The position numbers and the translations under genes are program-made. Positions 45,604-55,308 of a stretch of DNA of 64,000 nucleotides are shown piece after piece. The notes below the pieces were generated by a model. It worked only from the letters and a program-made list of their open reading frames with translations. It had not been told where the DNA came from and did no database searches. Each line of letters starts with the position of its first letter. Position 1 is the first letter of the stretch. Origin of the DNA: Candidatus Heimdallarchaeota archaeon. Its GTDB lineage: Archaea; Asgardarchaeota; Heimdallarchaeia; Heimdallarchaeales; Heimdallarchaeaceae. Where the stretch lies: NCBI GenBank assembly GCA_030603365.1, contig JAUVXV010000008.1:1-64000 (forward strand). The letters are read 5' to 3'.

Positions 45604-46011
45604 TTAACTAAAGAATTGTATTCCATTAGGACTTTCTTTGAAGAATTTTAAGCTGTTTAGACTATTTTCTTCATCTTGAGTACAGAAAATAAGAGTATTT
45701 GGCTTATTGATGCTATCTAGATATACCTCCTCTGTTAGGATGGTAAGAGTGTCATCTACATATAGATACAGCTTAAAAGGTAGCATCCTCTCTTCAGATT
45801 CTTTTTCGTATGGCATAGTAAAATCAATTTCTCTCTTAATGGCGTCTACAAATTCATTAAAAGACATGATTTCGAAATTAAAATCAGTGTAGCTTAAAGA
45901 ACCATAAACCCAAGTATTATTTAGAAAAGCAGCAAAGAAACGTACAATCCTAGATTCAGTGAAGTTGTCTAAGATTTTGTCTTTGTCCATAGGGAAACTT
46001 GATTTTGTCAT
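45604..46011 (-). CDS. Hypothetical protein
   Basis: 135 aa ORF co-oriented with downstream genes, no recognisable motif. Confidence 0.55.
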   Translation of the reverse strand: MTKSSFPMDKDKILDNFTESRIVRFFAAFLNNTWVYGSLSYTDFNFEIMSFNEFVDAIKREIDFTMPYEKESEERMLPFKLYLYVDDTLTILTEEVYLDSINKPNTLIFCTQDEENSLNSLKFFKESPNGIQFFS

Positions 46012-46106
46012 TATTTAAACTATATCGTGAAATCTCATTAGAGAGATATTTTCGTGATCATTTTCAGATAGTGAAGTATTTAATCAGGATATTAAACTGC
46101 GAGTTA

Positions 46107-46346
46107 ATGGTTGAAGATATTACTGTTGCAGTTGGAAAAAAACGGAATAAGAATTATATTGAGATCGTAATTCGTCAGTATAAACCTATTCTATTCGGCA
46201 TCCTTTCATGTGTTTGTTTAGTTTTAGCAGCATTAGAAATTGTAGCAGGAATCTTCTTCATCTTCTCTCTAACATTCCTTTTACTTACAATAGTTACAAT
46301 TGTCACAGGTCAACAGAGAAACACCAGAAAAATACGACTAGAATGA
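46107..46346 (+). CDS. Small two-TM membrane protein
   Basis: Likely start MVEDITV at 46107. Two hydrophobic segments followed by a basic tail. Confidence 0.5.
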   Translation: MVEDITVAVGKKRNKNYIEIVIRQYKPILFGILSCVCLVLAALEIVAGIFFIFSLTFLLLTIVTIVTGQQRNTRKIRLE

Positions 46347-46462
46347 TTTTTTATTTAGTGACGATTTAACATACTACTTTGCATGAAGAACAACGCTTTT
46401 AATTATAAAATTGATAAATTTAAGGTTAGAAAGCAATCTAATGCTAGTTGGCATGGGGAAAA

Positions 46463-46612
46463 ATGAAGTGTCCAAATTGTGGTCGTTACGTAGACCAAAT
46501 TAGTCGAGAGAAATACTTTTGCAAGAGATGTAGTTTACTCTATTATTTTCTCTTTCCTAACCAACCACCAAGAGTTTACAAAATGAGTAGTGAATCTGTT
46601 GCTCTAGCTTAA
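46463..46612 (+). CDS. 49-aa CPxCG zinc-ribbon microprotein
   Basis: My translation is MKCPNCGRYVDQISREKYFCKRCSLLYYFLFPNQPPRVYKMSSESVALA*. GGGG lies upstream. Not in the ORF track. Confidence 0.65.
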   Translation: MKCPNCGRYVDQISREKYFCKRCSLLYYFLFPNQPPRVYKMSSESVALA

Positions 46613-46625
46613 AATTGTTAATATT

Positions 46626-47087
46626 TTACTCTTCAAGCTTTGAAACATCAATTCCTGCCTGTTTAAGATGATGAATGTCATGCCACCAAATTGAGAAGAA
46701 CCCTAGAAATTCTTTATTTTCTTGAGGATATTTTTCTACTATTTCTTGATAGACATCAATCAATTTCTTTCTCAGCTTCTGGAATTTGATATTAACTTCT
46801 TCATAACCTAAATCCTTGTTATCCTCAAAGAATTGCTGATTTTTTGTTTCTCCATCTTCTTCGTAAAATGCATAAAACGCTTTTTGTTTTCTCATTTCAT
46901 CAGCAAACTGGATAAATTCATCATCCCAACCAGATAAATGAATAAGAAGCTCTCTCTTTGTCCAACCATTTGGAAGTACAGTATCAACAGTAAGATCATT
47001 TAGCACATCGGTTGTAATTTTGAGTTTGGCTATCCATCTTTTAGCTATGTCTATAACATTGTCCATATGCGAAATTATTTTACACAT
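46626..47087 (-). CDS. DinB/ClbS/DfsB-like four-helix bundle protein
   Basis: WTKRELLIHLSGWD, N.QF, WHDIHH. Confidence 0.7.
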   Translation of the reverse strand: MCKIISHMDNVIDIAKRWIAKLKITTDVLNDLTVDTVLPNGWTKRELLIHLSGWDDEFIQFADEMRKQKAFYAFYEEDGETKNQQFFEDNKDLGYEEVNIKFQKLRKKLIDVYQEIVEKYPQENKEFLGFFSIWWHDIHHLKQAGIDVSKLEE

Positions 47088-47175
47088 TTATGACTGTATG
47101 CAAAAATGTATGTCAGCTGTTTTACTTTTGTTTATATACGATTCTGCACATTATATTGATAAGAGACTGACTTTA

Positions 47176-47556
47176 ATGCCTAGAAGACTGACTCACATTG
47201 TAGGAGGTTTAGTATTTTCCCTACCAATTGTAGGAGTATCTTATTGGGGATTCTCTGAAAATTTTGATTATTTGCAATTAACGTTAGTTTTAGCAATTTC
47301 TGTTGTTTGTATTTTTATAGGTTCAATCCTTCCTGATCTGATTGAAAGACCAACTAATCCTGATCACAGGAAATTTTTTCACTCTTGGTTTATGTTATCA
47401 GCTTTTTTCATAGTATCTTTTGTGATGTGTTTTGTTGTTGTTCCAGCATATGATCAGAAAGTCTTTATTTATCTGATTTTCGCGTTTCTGTTAGGTTACT
47501 TAAGTCATCTCCTTCTTGATGCAACAACAAAAAAAGGATTGAAAGGAAAAGGTTAA
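47176..47556 (+). CDS. Membrane-bound metal-dependent hydrolase (YdjM-like)
   Basis: Start MPRRLTH, GSILPDLIE....HRKFFHS, GYLSHLLLDA.T.KGL. Confidence 0.85.
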   Translation: MPRRLTHIVGGLVFSLPIVGVSYWGFSENFDYLQLTLVLAISVVCIFIGSILPDLIERPTNPDHRKFFHSWFMLSAFFIVSFVMCFVVVPAYDQKVFIYLIFAFLLGYLSHLLLDATTKKGLKGKG

Positions 47557-47718
47557 TTTTCCTAAAGAGGAAAAACAGCATTGGATGAGAATCTCATCAC
47601 TATTCCTCAGCTTTAGAAATGTTTTATCAAAATTTCCATTGAACTATTTACAAAGGTTTCACTTTTTTTCTGTGTGGTTTTAAAGTAATCAAATGATTTA
47701 ATCTATTAGTGATACCAA

Positions 47719-48000
47719 TTGGTAAAGGTAATTCTCTTATTCGAATCTACATGTTCAAAGTGTGGTGCTAAAGCCAAGTTCTGTTGTTCTAAATGTAGTA
47801 GGCCTCTTTGTGGTAGATGTTTAACAAAGGAAAAAAGAGACCTAATGTCAAATATAATTATTCCAGCTGGTATGTGTAAAGATTGCTCTATCCAGAGAAT
47901 AGAAGAATATAATGAGGGTTCTTTTAATACACTTTCAGAGGCGATTACTATTTACGTTCCTGACCCATTGAATGATAGAAAGATTATTGACAATAGCTGA
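47719..48000 (+). CDS. Small Cys-rich zinc-finger protein
   Basis: CSKC...CCSKC.RPLC.RC...CKDC (four Cys pairs). Confidence 0.6.
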   Translation: MVKVILLFESTCSKCGAKAKFCCSKCSRPLCGRCLTKEKRDLMSNIIIPAGMCKDCSIQRIEEYNEGSFNTLSEAITIYVPDPLNDRKIIDNS

Positions 48001-48055
48001 ACTTCTGAGAAAAAAGGTAATATAAGGCTTCTTTCTATACTACCAAGAATAGTCG

Positions 48056-49477
48056 ATGAATGCAAATACTGTGGAGAAACAAGTTCGAAAGAACATTTTG
48101 AAAAATCCGCTAATGTGGAAATTTAAATTTTACGGATTTTTTAAGAATTTAAGATTCTTTGAACCCTTTCTAATTATCATGCTCTACGACTATCTCGCTA
48201 AATCGTATCTAGATAATATCCAATTTCTTACAGGATTTTATCAGATTGGTCTGAAAACAACCTTTTCTTCTCCCTTGGGATCTCAATTCATTTTATTTCA
48301 AATTGGTTTGATTTTTTTGGTTCAAGAAGTGATTACTTATTCTCTAGAAATACCTTCTGGGATTCTAGCAGATAAATTTGGTAAAAAGAATGAGTTGCTC
48401 TTCTGTTTTATTTTCTACATTGTTTCCTTTGTACTCTTTTTTATCGGATTAAGTTTACCAGTTAATTTCTTCTTTGTAATATTCCTAGCTGCTGGAATGT
48501 ATGGCTTAGGGGAAGCATTTCGATCTGGAACACACAAAGCAATGATACTAACATGGATGGATAAAAAAGGCTATCAAAAGCATAAAACATTTGTTTATGG
48601 AAGAACAAGATCCTGGTCATTAATTGGATCTACTTTAAATGGGGTTTTAGCCATCTTATTCATCCTATTTGTTCCAGAAGCACAATGGGTATTTATCATA
48701 GCTATTATTCCATACATTATTGATTTTATTCTAATTGCATCATATCCTTCTTATATGAACGACCATGTTCCTACTGAAACTACATTCCTAAAAGAAATTG
48801 GTAAGGGGTTCAAAGGGATGATTGTAGCATTTAAAGATAGAAAATTACGGAAGGGAATTTTCTCATCTTCTAGCTACGATGCAGTATACAAAAGTCTGAA
48901 GGATTATATTCAACCAATAATTAAAGTCTATATACTCCTAGTAATCATTAACATTGGTTTTGCTCCTTCAAATATTAACCTAAGTGAAGACAATTTTATC
49001 AAAGTTATACTTGGAGTGATGTATTCTATATTCTATCTGATTTCATCTTTTTCATCTAGAAATGCATATAAGGTTAAAGCTTGGTTGAAAAATACAAAAA
49101 ATGCGATGGATATCTTGTTTTATTTATTTGCAGCTGTTCTACTATTAAATGCAATTTTCATTTGGGTAAATCTTCCTCTGGTTGTTATCTTCTTATATCT
49201 TCTAATATACATTTTTGAAAACATAAGAAGGCCACTAAGTGTTGATTATTTAGGAGAAACTATCAAGAAAGACCAGCGAACAACAATGTTAAGTGTGGAA
49301 GCACAAATTAAGTCTATCTTGGTTTTTATCTTTGCACCACTATTCGGCCTAATCGCTGATTTCTCAATTCCAGCACTATTTCTTGGTATTTCTATTCTTA
49401 TGGTACTTTACAATTTCTTCTTCCTTCAGGGAGATGGAAAAGCTCTTAAGAAAAAGACTGAAAAGGAAAAAACTTAG
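48056..49477 (+). CDS. MFS transporter
   Basis: EIPSGILADKFGKK, GEAFRSGT, many TMs. Confidence 0.9.
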   Translation: MNANTVEKQVRKNILKNPLMWKFKFYGFFKNLRFFEPFLIIMLYDYLAKSYLDNIQFLTGFYQIGLKTTFSSPLGSQFILFQIGLIFLVQEVITYSLEIPSGILADKFGKKNELLFCFIFYIVSFVLFFIGLSLPVNFFFVIFLAAGMYGLGEAFRSGTHKAMILTWMDKKGYQKHKTFVYGRTRSWSLIGSTLNGVLAILFILFVPEAQWVFIIAIIPYIIDFILIASYPSYMNDHVPTETTFLKEIGKGFKGMIVAFKDRKLRKGIFSSSSYDAVYKSLKDYIQPIIKVYILLVIINIGFAPSNINLSEDNFIKVILGVMYSIFYLISSFSSRNAYKVKAWLKNTKNAMDILFYLFAAVLLLNAIFIWVNLPLVVIFLYLLIYIFENIRRPLSVDYLGETIKKDQRTTMLSVEAQIKSILVFIFAPLFGLIADFSIPALFLGISILMVLYNFFFLQGDGKALKKKTEKEKT

Positions 49478-49479
49478 TT

Positions 49480-49670
49480 TGAAGATGAACAATTATTACA
49501 TAATTAGGGGGTTCTTTGAGCTTACCTATCATCCATAACCAACGTTTTCTATCTAAGAAGAATGCTACTAATGTGATAACCTCTTGGGGTATTCCTCCAG
49601 CTCAATCTAGATATACGAAAACTGCAGTTATACCTAATACTCCAGAAGTAAATTCCACCAATATTCTTAA
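49480..49670 (-). pseudogene. Possible remnant of a small membrane protein gene
   Basis: Frame reads LRILVEFTSGVLGITAVFVYLD*AGGIPQEVITLVAFFLDRKRWLWMIGKLKEPPNYVIIVH, with one internal TGA at 49602-49604 and no clear start. Confidence 0.35.
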
Positions 49671-49786
49671 CTAACTTTCATGCTAAGATGAGAGATAAGA
49701 TTACTTTTTAGTTGAAAGATAAAGATTATATATTTCTTCAAAACACCCTATTAATCAGAAGGATTCAAGCACTAAGGTGAATATTT

Positions 49787-50302
49787 GTGAAAGAAACTCT
49801 AATTGTATATGGGACAAGATATGGTGCAACAACCGAAGCATGTGCTGTTATTCAAAAAATCCTTGAAAAGGAATATGATCAGCATGTTGAAATCTGGGAT
49901 TTGGAAAACTGGCATGCATGTCCTGATTTAAATGATTTTGACAATGTGATAATAGCTAGTGGAATCAAATACGGTGAATGGACAGAGAATTCTAGAAAAT
50001 ACTTGAGTAATGATTTTGGTAGTAAGAAGGTTGCAGTTTTCATCTCATCCATCTATGCTGGTGAAGATGAGCATTACGAACACGCTTATGAAAAATTTCT
50101 AGTAGATGTGCTAGAAGAACATCCTAACTTAAAACCCGTCGCTAAAGCAGCTTTTGGTGGTCGTATTCCAAAAGAACAACTTCCAAACATAGCTCCAGAA
50201 AGAATATTAATCAGATTACCTGAACATCAATATGATAATAGAAACTGGGATCTTATTGAAGAGTGGGCACATCAAGTAGGAAAACTCTTCAAAGAAGATT
50301 AG
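49787..50302 (+). CDS. Flavodoxin-domain protein (HemG-like)
   Basis: LIVYGTRYGAT, FD.VIIASGI..G.W, AFGG, DNRNWD.IEEWA. Confidence 0.85.
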   Translation: MKETLIVYGTRYGATTEACAVIQKILEKEYDQHVEIWDLENWHACPDLNDFDNVIIASGIKYGEWTENSRKYLSNDFGSKKVAVFISSIYAGEDEHYEHAYEKFLVDVLEEHPNLKPVAKAAFGGRIPKEQLPNIAPERILIRLPEHQYDNRNWDLIEEWAHQVGKLFKED

Positions 50303-50321
50303 TTGAAGAGTATCATTACGT

Positions 50322-50840
50322 CTATGCTCTCAGCAATTCTATTTTTTCAAATTCATTGTTTGTTATATACATACGTATACCTTCACAGGTATCTAGAGGA
50401 TCTCCCCATTTCTCATATTCTTCTTGAGGAAAACAGCCTATTGTAGTTATTTCTAACCACCCTCCATGACCAACTACTAATGCTGATTCACCTTCAGAGA
50501 TTAGGTTTGCAATGTCTTTCACAAACAAAACCATTTTAGTTGCATATTCAGCTGTTTTACATCCTTTTCTTATAGCATCTCTATATTGAACAAAATCCAT
50601 CCCCCAAGTAACCTCATCTTCTATTTCTGGAAGTGCCTTACTTATTTCGTCTACTATCTTATCTACCGCATAGCCCATTGCAACAGCTGTTTCTACTGCT
50701 CGGGGTGCATTACTTGATAAAACCAAATTAAATTCGCCTAATGTATCTCCTACTTTTCTTGCTTTCATCACACCTTCTTGTGTTAGATGAGGAGAAGGTC
50801 TAATTCTAATCGAATGTCTTCTAAACTCAATTATTTTCAT
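50322..50840 (-). CDS. Histidine phosphatase (phosphoglycerate mutase-like) family protein
   Basis: RRHS, LTQEG..A, SS..PRAVETA, LVVGHGG. Confidence 0.85.
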   Translation of the reverse strand: MKIIEFRRHSIRIRPSPHLTQEGVMKARKVGDTLGEFNLVLSSNAPRAVETAVAMGYAVDKIVDEISKALPEIEDEVTWGMDFVQYRDAIRKGCKTAEYATKMVLFVKDIANLISEGESALVVGHGGWLEITTIGCFPQEEYEKWGDPLDTCEGIRMYITNNEFEKIELLRA

Positions 50841-50928
50841 GAGTATATAGTTCTTTTATCTAATAAAATACTTTGTGAGAAGAAGATAACTAGAAAAGCG
50901 TTAAAGCAAAATTGTTATTAAGAAAGAA

Positions 50929-52347
50929 ATGAATTCCTTCTTGAATAAAATGAGTTTCTATAAATCTAAGATTTTTATCATATCTTCAGCACTTATTATT
51001 GCTGCTGCTATCATTATTCCTACTGTTATTTTAACAACAGAGAAAGACACTTTTCCCCCTGTAATAGAGATACTTAATCCTGAAAGAGACGAGATTTTAT
51101 CTGGTACAGTAACAATAGAATGTAATGCTTCTGACACAGGCCCGACTACAACCAGTATTGATACTATAGAACTTTGGTTCAATGGAGTAATCGTATCTAC
51201 TTCCCTTCAATATCAGTTGGATACAACTGCTTATCCTGATGGACCTTATACAATCAAAGCAATCGCATATGATTTAGTTGGTTTATCAGCAATGGTAGAA
51301 GTCAATGTTGTTATTGATAATTTTCTTAATTCTGCACCAACTGATTATTTTAAACTTCTGAACTACAATGTTAAAGAGAGTGGAACAGAGATTGAATGGA
51401 AGGAAATCGTAAAAGATGAGAATGCGGACATTATAATCTTCGTAGAAACAGGTACTTGGAATGAAAATGGAAATTACAAGTTAGGCAGATTACTCACTCA
51501 ATTTAATGGTTATTTCTATGATGAGGCTCCTTATGAAGGTTATACGGCACAAGGAGATATTTTTATTACAAGTGGTGAAGCGATTTTTAGTAGATATCCT
51601 ATTTTAGAGTTCCATCAATTAGGTATACTTACTTTAGATGATAATACTTCTTATGATGTAACTCATGATTTCATCCATGCAGTACTAAACATTACTAACA
51701 CCGAAGTACATATTATTGGTTGCCATTTAAAAGCACTAGAAGGAGCAGTAAATGAACAAAGAAGAGAATGGGAACAAGAAGGCATCATTAACTATATGGA
51801 TGATTTAGGAGATGTTCCTATAATTTATGCGGGAGATTTTAACTCCTTATCACCAGTTGATATTGATGATTTAGCAGGTTTGCCTGGAGCAGATTTCGGA
51901 TATGGTCCAGTAACAATGCTACTTGATCCTGAAGATCTTATCTATGGAAACTATTCTTCCAAAGTTCACAATTTTACTGATGTTTTCCGCGTACTGAACC
52001 CTGATGACCCAGGATATACCATGAATGTTCCAACAATTCTTTCAAGAATTGATTTCATTTTTGTAAACCAACACTTTGAAAACGCTTTCGTAAGCAGTTC
52101 TGTGGGAAGTAACTCAGGGTTTGATGACATTGGTTCTGATCACTACTCAGTTGAAGCGATATTTCAAATAGCAAATATTTCAGCTTCTGTGCTTCCTCAA
52201 TTGAATATTCAGAATGAAGAAACAAAAATCTTCCAACCAGTTAGTGGTTTAGTGATACAAAAAACACCAGAAATACATGTTATGTCTTTCACAATACACC
52301 CTCTTACTTCATTAGAAAAGGGTTTAAAATGGTTATTTAAGAGCTGA
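50929..52347 (+). CDS. Membrane-anchored extracellular Ig-like + endonuclease/exonuclease/phosphatase (EEP) protein
   Basis: N-terminal TM, DT.PP.I.I.NP...SGTV.I...DTT.YPDG.YTI.A.AYD (Big domain), LLNYNV, GDFNS, RIDFIF, SDHY. Confidence 0.85.
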   Translation: MNSFLNKMSFYKSKIFIISSALIIAAAIIIPTVILTTEKDTFPPVIEILNPERDEILSGTVTIECNASDTGPTTTSIDTIELWFNGVIVSTSLQYQLDTTAYPDGPYTIKAIAYDLVGLSAMVEVNVVIDNFLNSAPTDYFKLLNYNVKESGTEIEWKEIVKDENADIIIFVETGTWNENGNYKLGRLLTQFNGYFYDEAPYEGYTAQGDIFITSGEAIFSRYPILEFHQLGILTLDDNTSYDVTHDFIHAVLNITNTEVHIIGCHLKALEGAVNEQRREWEQEGIINYMDDLGDVPIIYAGDFNSLSPVDIDDLAGLPGADFGYGPVTMLLDPEDLIYGNYSSKVHNFTDVFRVLNPDDPGYTMNVPTILSRIDFIFVNQHFENAFVSSSVGSNSGFDDIGSDHYSVEAIFQIANISASVLPQLNIQNEETKIFQPVSGLVIQKTPEIHVMSFTIHPLTSLEKGLKWLFKS

Positions 52348-52423
52348 AAGACATTAAATTTTCTTTTTTTTTACATAACATCTTTATAGTTGATTGCTAG
52401 TTTTACTAGTTGGGAAACTGTTT

Positions 52424-53089
52424 ATGTCCTCTGAAGAAAAGCCCAAACAGGATATTGCAGAAACAATCTTATATTGTTCAACATTAATCAGTGACACCTT
52501 AATTCGAATGGCAGATCTCACCACATTAACACTTTTGTATCATCCTGGAATTGAAGAAAGGGTTGAAAAAATGGAGCATTTATATCAAAATGTTGTTAAT
52601 TTTGTTGATGATATTACTACAACAATTTATCAGCCAATTGATAGATTTGTAATTTCAATTAACCAATATGATCCTATTTTCACCCATCTTAAACATGTAG
52701 CTAAGCTAATGGCAGAATTGATTTCATTACTATCTCAAGAGCATATAAAAATGCAATTACAGACTCTAGAATATTATTATAATTTGAATAAATCAATTCT
52801 AGAGTGTATAAATGTTTTCAGTCACATTATTCACGCTAGTTTATCCACGATTGAAGCTTTTGAAAAATCAATAATTACGAATATTGAAATTGGAGCTCAT
52901 CAGCTTTATAGAATGATACTGCAAGAACTGCCATCAGAAAAAACAGACTGGAAACAGATTTTCATATTCTATCTAATTGCAGAAAAAATGAATTCAATTG
53001 TATTTCACTGTAGTGAGGCATGTAAGAAAGTCTATGCTGTAAGATTTGCCACAATTGGGATAAAGAAGAATGATCCGAGCCCTAAATAG
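52424..53089 (+). CDS. All-helical PhoU/DUF47-like protein (divergent)
   Basis: Helical. I..RV..ME, TIY.PIDR, IE..A..LYR..L..L...DW..I....I.E resemble DUF47. Confidence 0.45.
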   Translation: MSSEEKPKQDIAETILYCSTLISDTLIRMADLTTLTLLYHPGIEERVEKMEHLYQNVVNFVDDITTTIYQPIDRFVISINQYDPIFTHLKHVAKLMAELISLLSQEHIKMQLQTLEYYYNLNKSILECINVFSHIIHASLSTIEAFEKSIITNIEIGAHQLYRMILQELPSEKTDWKQIFIFYLIAEKMNSIVFHCSEACKKVYAVRFATIGIKKNDPSPK

Positions 53090-53149
53090 AATTTTTAACA
53101 AATAGTAATAATTTTTTATACCGAGTTCTTATTTTGAATTGAGGAACAT

Positions 53150-53911
53150 ATGAAATCTTCATTCTTTGAGGTTGCACCTGATCTCCTGATAGTTGATAAT
53201 CAACCTATTCTTTTTCTAAAGGATATTAACGCGGTTGTTATTGCTGACTTGCATTTAGGTGTTGAAGCAATTATGCAAGAAGATGGTTCTTTTGTTCCAC
53301 ACAATCTTACATCACAGATTACTGAAAAAGTTGCAAGATATCTCAAGGATTTGAAACCCGAAGTTCTAGTTCTCAATGGTGATGTGAAGCACAGTTTTCA
53401 AGAACCTACTAAGATTGAAAATAGGGATGTGAAAAAATTCCTTCGTGAAGTAAGTTCCCTAGTTCCTGTTATTCATATAATGAAAGGCAATCATGACACT
53501 TTTCTTTCATGGGCACTCAAAAATTTCGAAAATGTTACTCTCCATAATTCATTATCTATTGGTAAATATCATTTTACTCATGGAGATAAAGAATTGGATA
53601 TTGAAATTCTAAAGGACATCGAGTATATTATAATTGGTCATTTGCACCCAGTTTTTGAATCAAAGGTTGATGGATTACAGAAAGTAAGATCTCCCACATT
53701 TCTAATGGGTCCTCTAAATGAAGGTTCTCAGAGTTTATTAGTACTACCTGCTTTTACTGAATATTCTTCTGGTTGCCCTATACATCCAGATTCTCAAGGT
53801 CACTATATTGTTCCAATTCTGAAAAATAAGGCAGATATCCAGAATTTTGAACTATATGTACTCGGAGAAAGAGAAACTTTTCATTTTCCAGAACTTAAGC
53901 TGTGGATGTAG
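53150..53911 (+). CDS. Calcineurin-like metallophosphoesterase (ICC-like)
   Basis: ADLHLG, LNGDVKH, GNHD, THGD, GHLHP, VLPAF. Confidence 0.9.
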   Translation: MKSSFFEVAPDLLIVDNQPILFLKDINAVVIADLHLGVEAIMQEDGSFVPHNLTSQITEKVARYLKDLKPEVLVLNGDVKHSFQEPTKIENRDVKKFLREVSSLVPVIHIMKGNHDTFLSWALKNFENVTLHNSLSIGKYHFTHGDKELDIEILKDIEYIIIGHLHPVFESKVDGLQKVRSPTFLMGPLNEGSQSLLVLPAFTEYSSGCPIHPDSQGHYIVPILKNKADIQNFELYVLGERETFHFPELKLWM

Positions 53912-53993
53912 TTGAATACATGAAATTTAGCCAAAATTAATAAGTCTTGACTATATTATCATACCTAGTTAAAATCTATGATAGCTGAGTTCT

Positions 53994-54278
53994 ATGAGTA
54001 GAAAAGAATCTTTTCGTCCTACAATCTGTATGTTTCCATGCCCAGTATGTGCAATAGACACTGACATAGATATTTTTGAAGAATCGACTCGATCTACATT
54101 TTACTGTAGAAGTTGTGGAAGGGTGTATATCTGTAAACTACCTTTGGGTTCAATTCAAGTAGGAGATGATATTCGATATATTTGCCCGATTGACCATACA
54201 GAACTTGAAGAATCCCCTTTCAGAGCAAGAGAAATTGAATTACTTATCGAAAAGGCTAAAGAGGGGACAGATTCATAA
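53994..54278 (+). CDS. Small zinc-ribbon protein
   Basis: CPVC, CRSCG, CPID. Confidence 0.6.
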   Translation: MSRKESFRPTICMFPCPVCAIDTDIDIFEESTRSTFYCRSCGRVYICKLPLGSIQVGDDIRYICPIDHTELEESPFRAREIELLIEKAKEGTDS

Positions 54279-54291
54279 TTTCTTGATAAAA

Positions 54292-55263
54292 ATGAATCAT
54301 AAGAAAAAGGTTCATTCTAGAGTAAACCCTATTGATATTGAAAAAGTATCTTCCATCGATGAATTAATTGACCAATTTGATCAATCTGGTGTATTTGGTC
54401 CGGGCAGAATTGCAAAAGCTGTTAATATTTATTCTAGTATGATTGAAGAAGGTGCTACTGTATTCTTAGGTGTTGCAGGAGCTTTAGTTCCTGGTGGTAT
54501 GAGAAAGGTACTTACAGATATGATCCGAAATGACATGGTTCATGTAATAGTATCTACAGGGGCAAATGTAACTCATGACATAATTGAAGCATTTGGTGGT
54601 CAGCACATTAAACAGGTTTCTTATCATTCAGATGCTGAATTGAGAGAGAAATCTATTGATAGGATTTATGATGCTTTTGTTGAAGACGACTCTTTCATGA
54701 AACTTGAAGATCATATTCAACCAATATACAAAGAAATTTGGGAGAAACATAAAGATAGTACAAATACACTTGCTATATCAACAAGTGACTTACTTAAATT
54801 TATAGGAGAAAAGATAGAAGATCCGAATTCTTTTGTTCGAGCTGCTTATGAAAAAAACATCCCAATTTTCGTCCCAGCGTTAAGTGACAGTGTTTTAGGT
54901 CTACAATTATGGCTCTTTTCACAAATGAATAGAACATTAATTGATGCTATGGGAGATTTAGGAAAAATACAAAGCTTAGCAGGAGATGCTGATAAAACTG
55001 GGGCATTTTTCCTTGGTGGAGGAGTTCCAAAGAATTATATTTTTCAATCAAAACTTATGTCTCCAAAATCTTTTGATTATGCAATTCAAATTACAATGGA
55101 CAGAGTAGAAACAGGAGGTCTTTCTGGGGCGTCTTTGGAAGAATCCATTTCCTGGGGAAAAACATCTTCTAAGAGTAAAATGGTTACAGTTGTTGCAGAT
55201 ATTACCATAGTTTTACCATTGATTTATGCCGGTGTATTAGCTCGAATTAAACAGGTTGACTAG
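54292..55263 (+). CDS. dys: Deoxyhypusine synthase
   Basis: FLG.AGALVPGG.R, TGANVTHD, DRIYD, P.LSDS.LG, GGGVPKN, GGLSGA.LEE.ISWGK. Start likely MNHKK at 54292. Confidence 0.93.
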   Translation: MNHKKKVHSRVNPIDIEKVSSIDELIDQFDQSGVFGPGRIAKAVNIYSSMIEEGATVFLGVAGALVPGGMRKVLTDMIRNDMVHVIVSTGANVTHDIIEAFGGQHIKQVSYHSDAELREKSIDRIYDAFVEDDSFMKLEDHIQPIYKEIWEKHKDSTNTLAISTSDLLKFIGEKIEDPNSFVRAAYEKNIPIFVPALSDSVLGLQLWLFSQMNRTLIDAMGDLGKIQSLAGDADKTGAFFLGGGVPKNYIFQSKLMSPKSFDYAIQITMDRVETGGLSGASLEESISWGKTSSKSKMVTVVADITIVLPLIYAGVLARIKQVD

Positions 55264-55308
55264 TACAAGGACAAAATTATTAATTGAACCTCCTTTCTAT
55301 ATTTATAG

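Noticed and set aside
47020-47175. N-terminal extension of YdjM-like ORF
   Set aside because: Overlaps the divergent DinB-like gene and promoter region. The family motif begins at MPRRLTH.
54166-54291. N-terminal extension of deoxyhypusine synthase
   Set aside because: Overlaps the zinc-ribbon gene. The ATG at 54292 gives the expected length.
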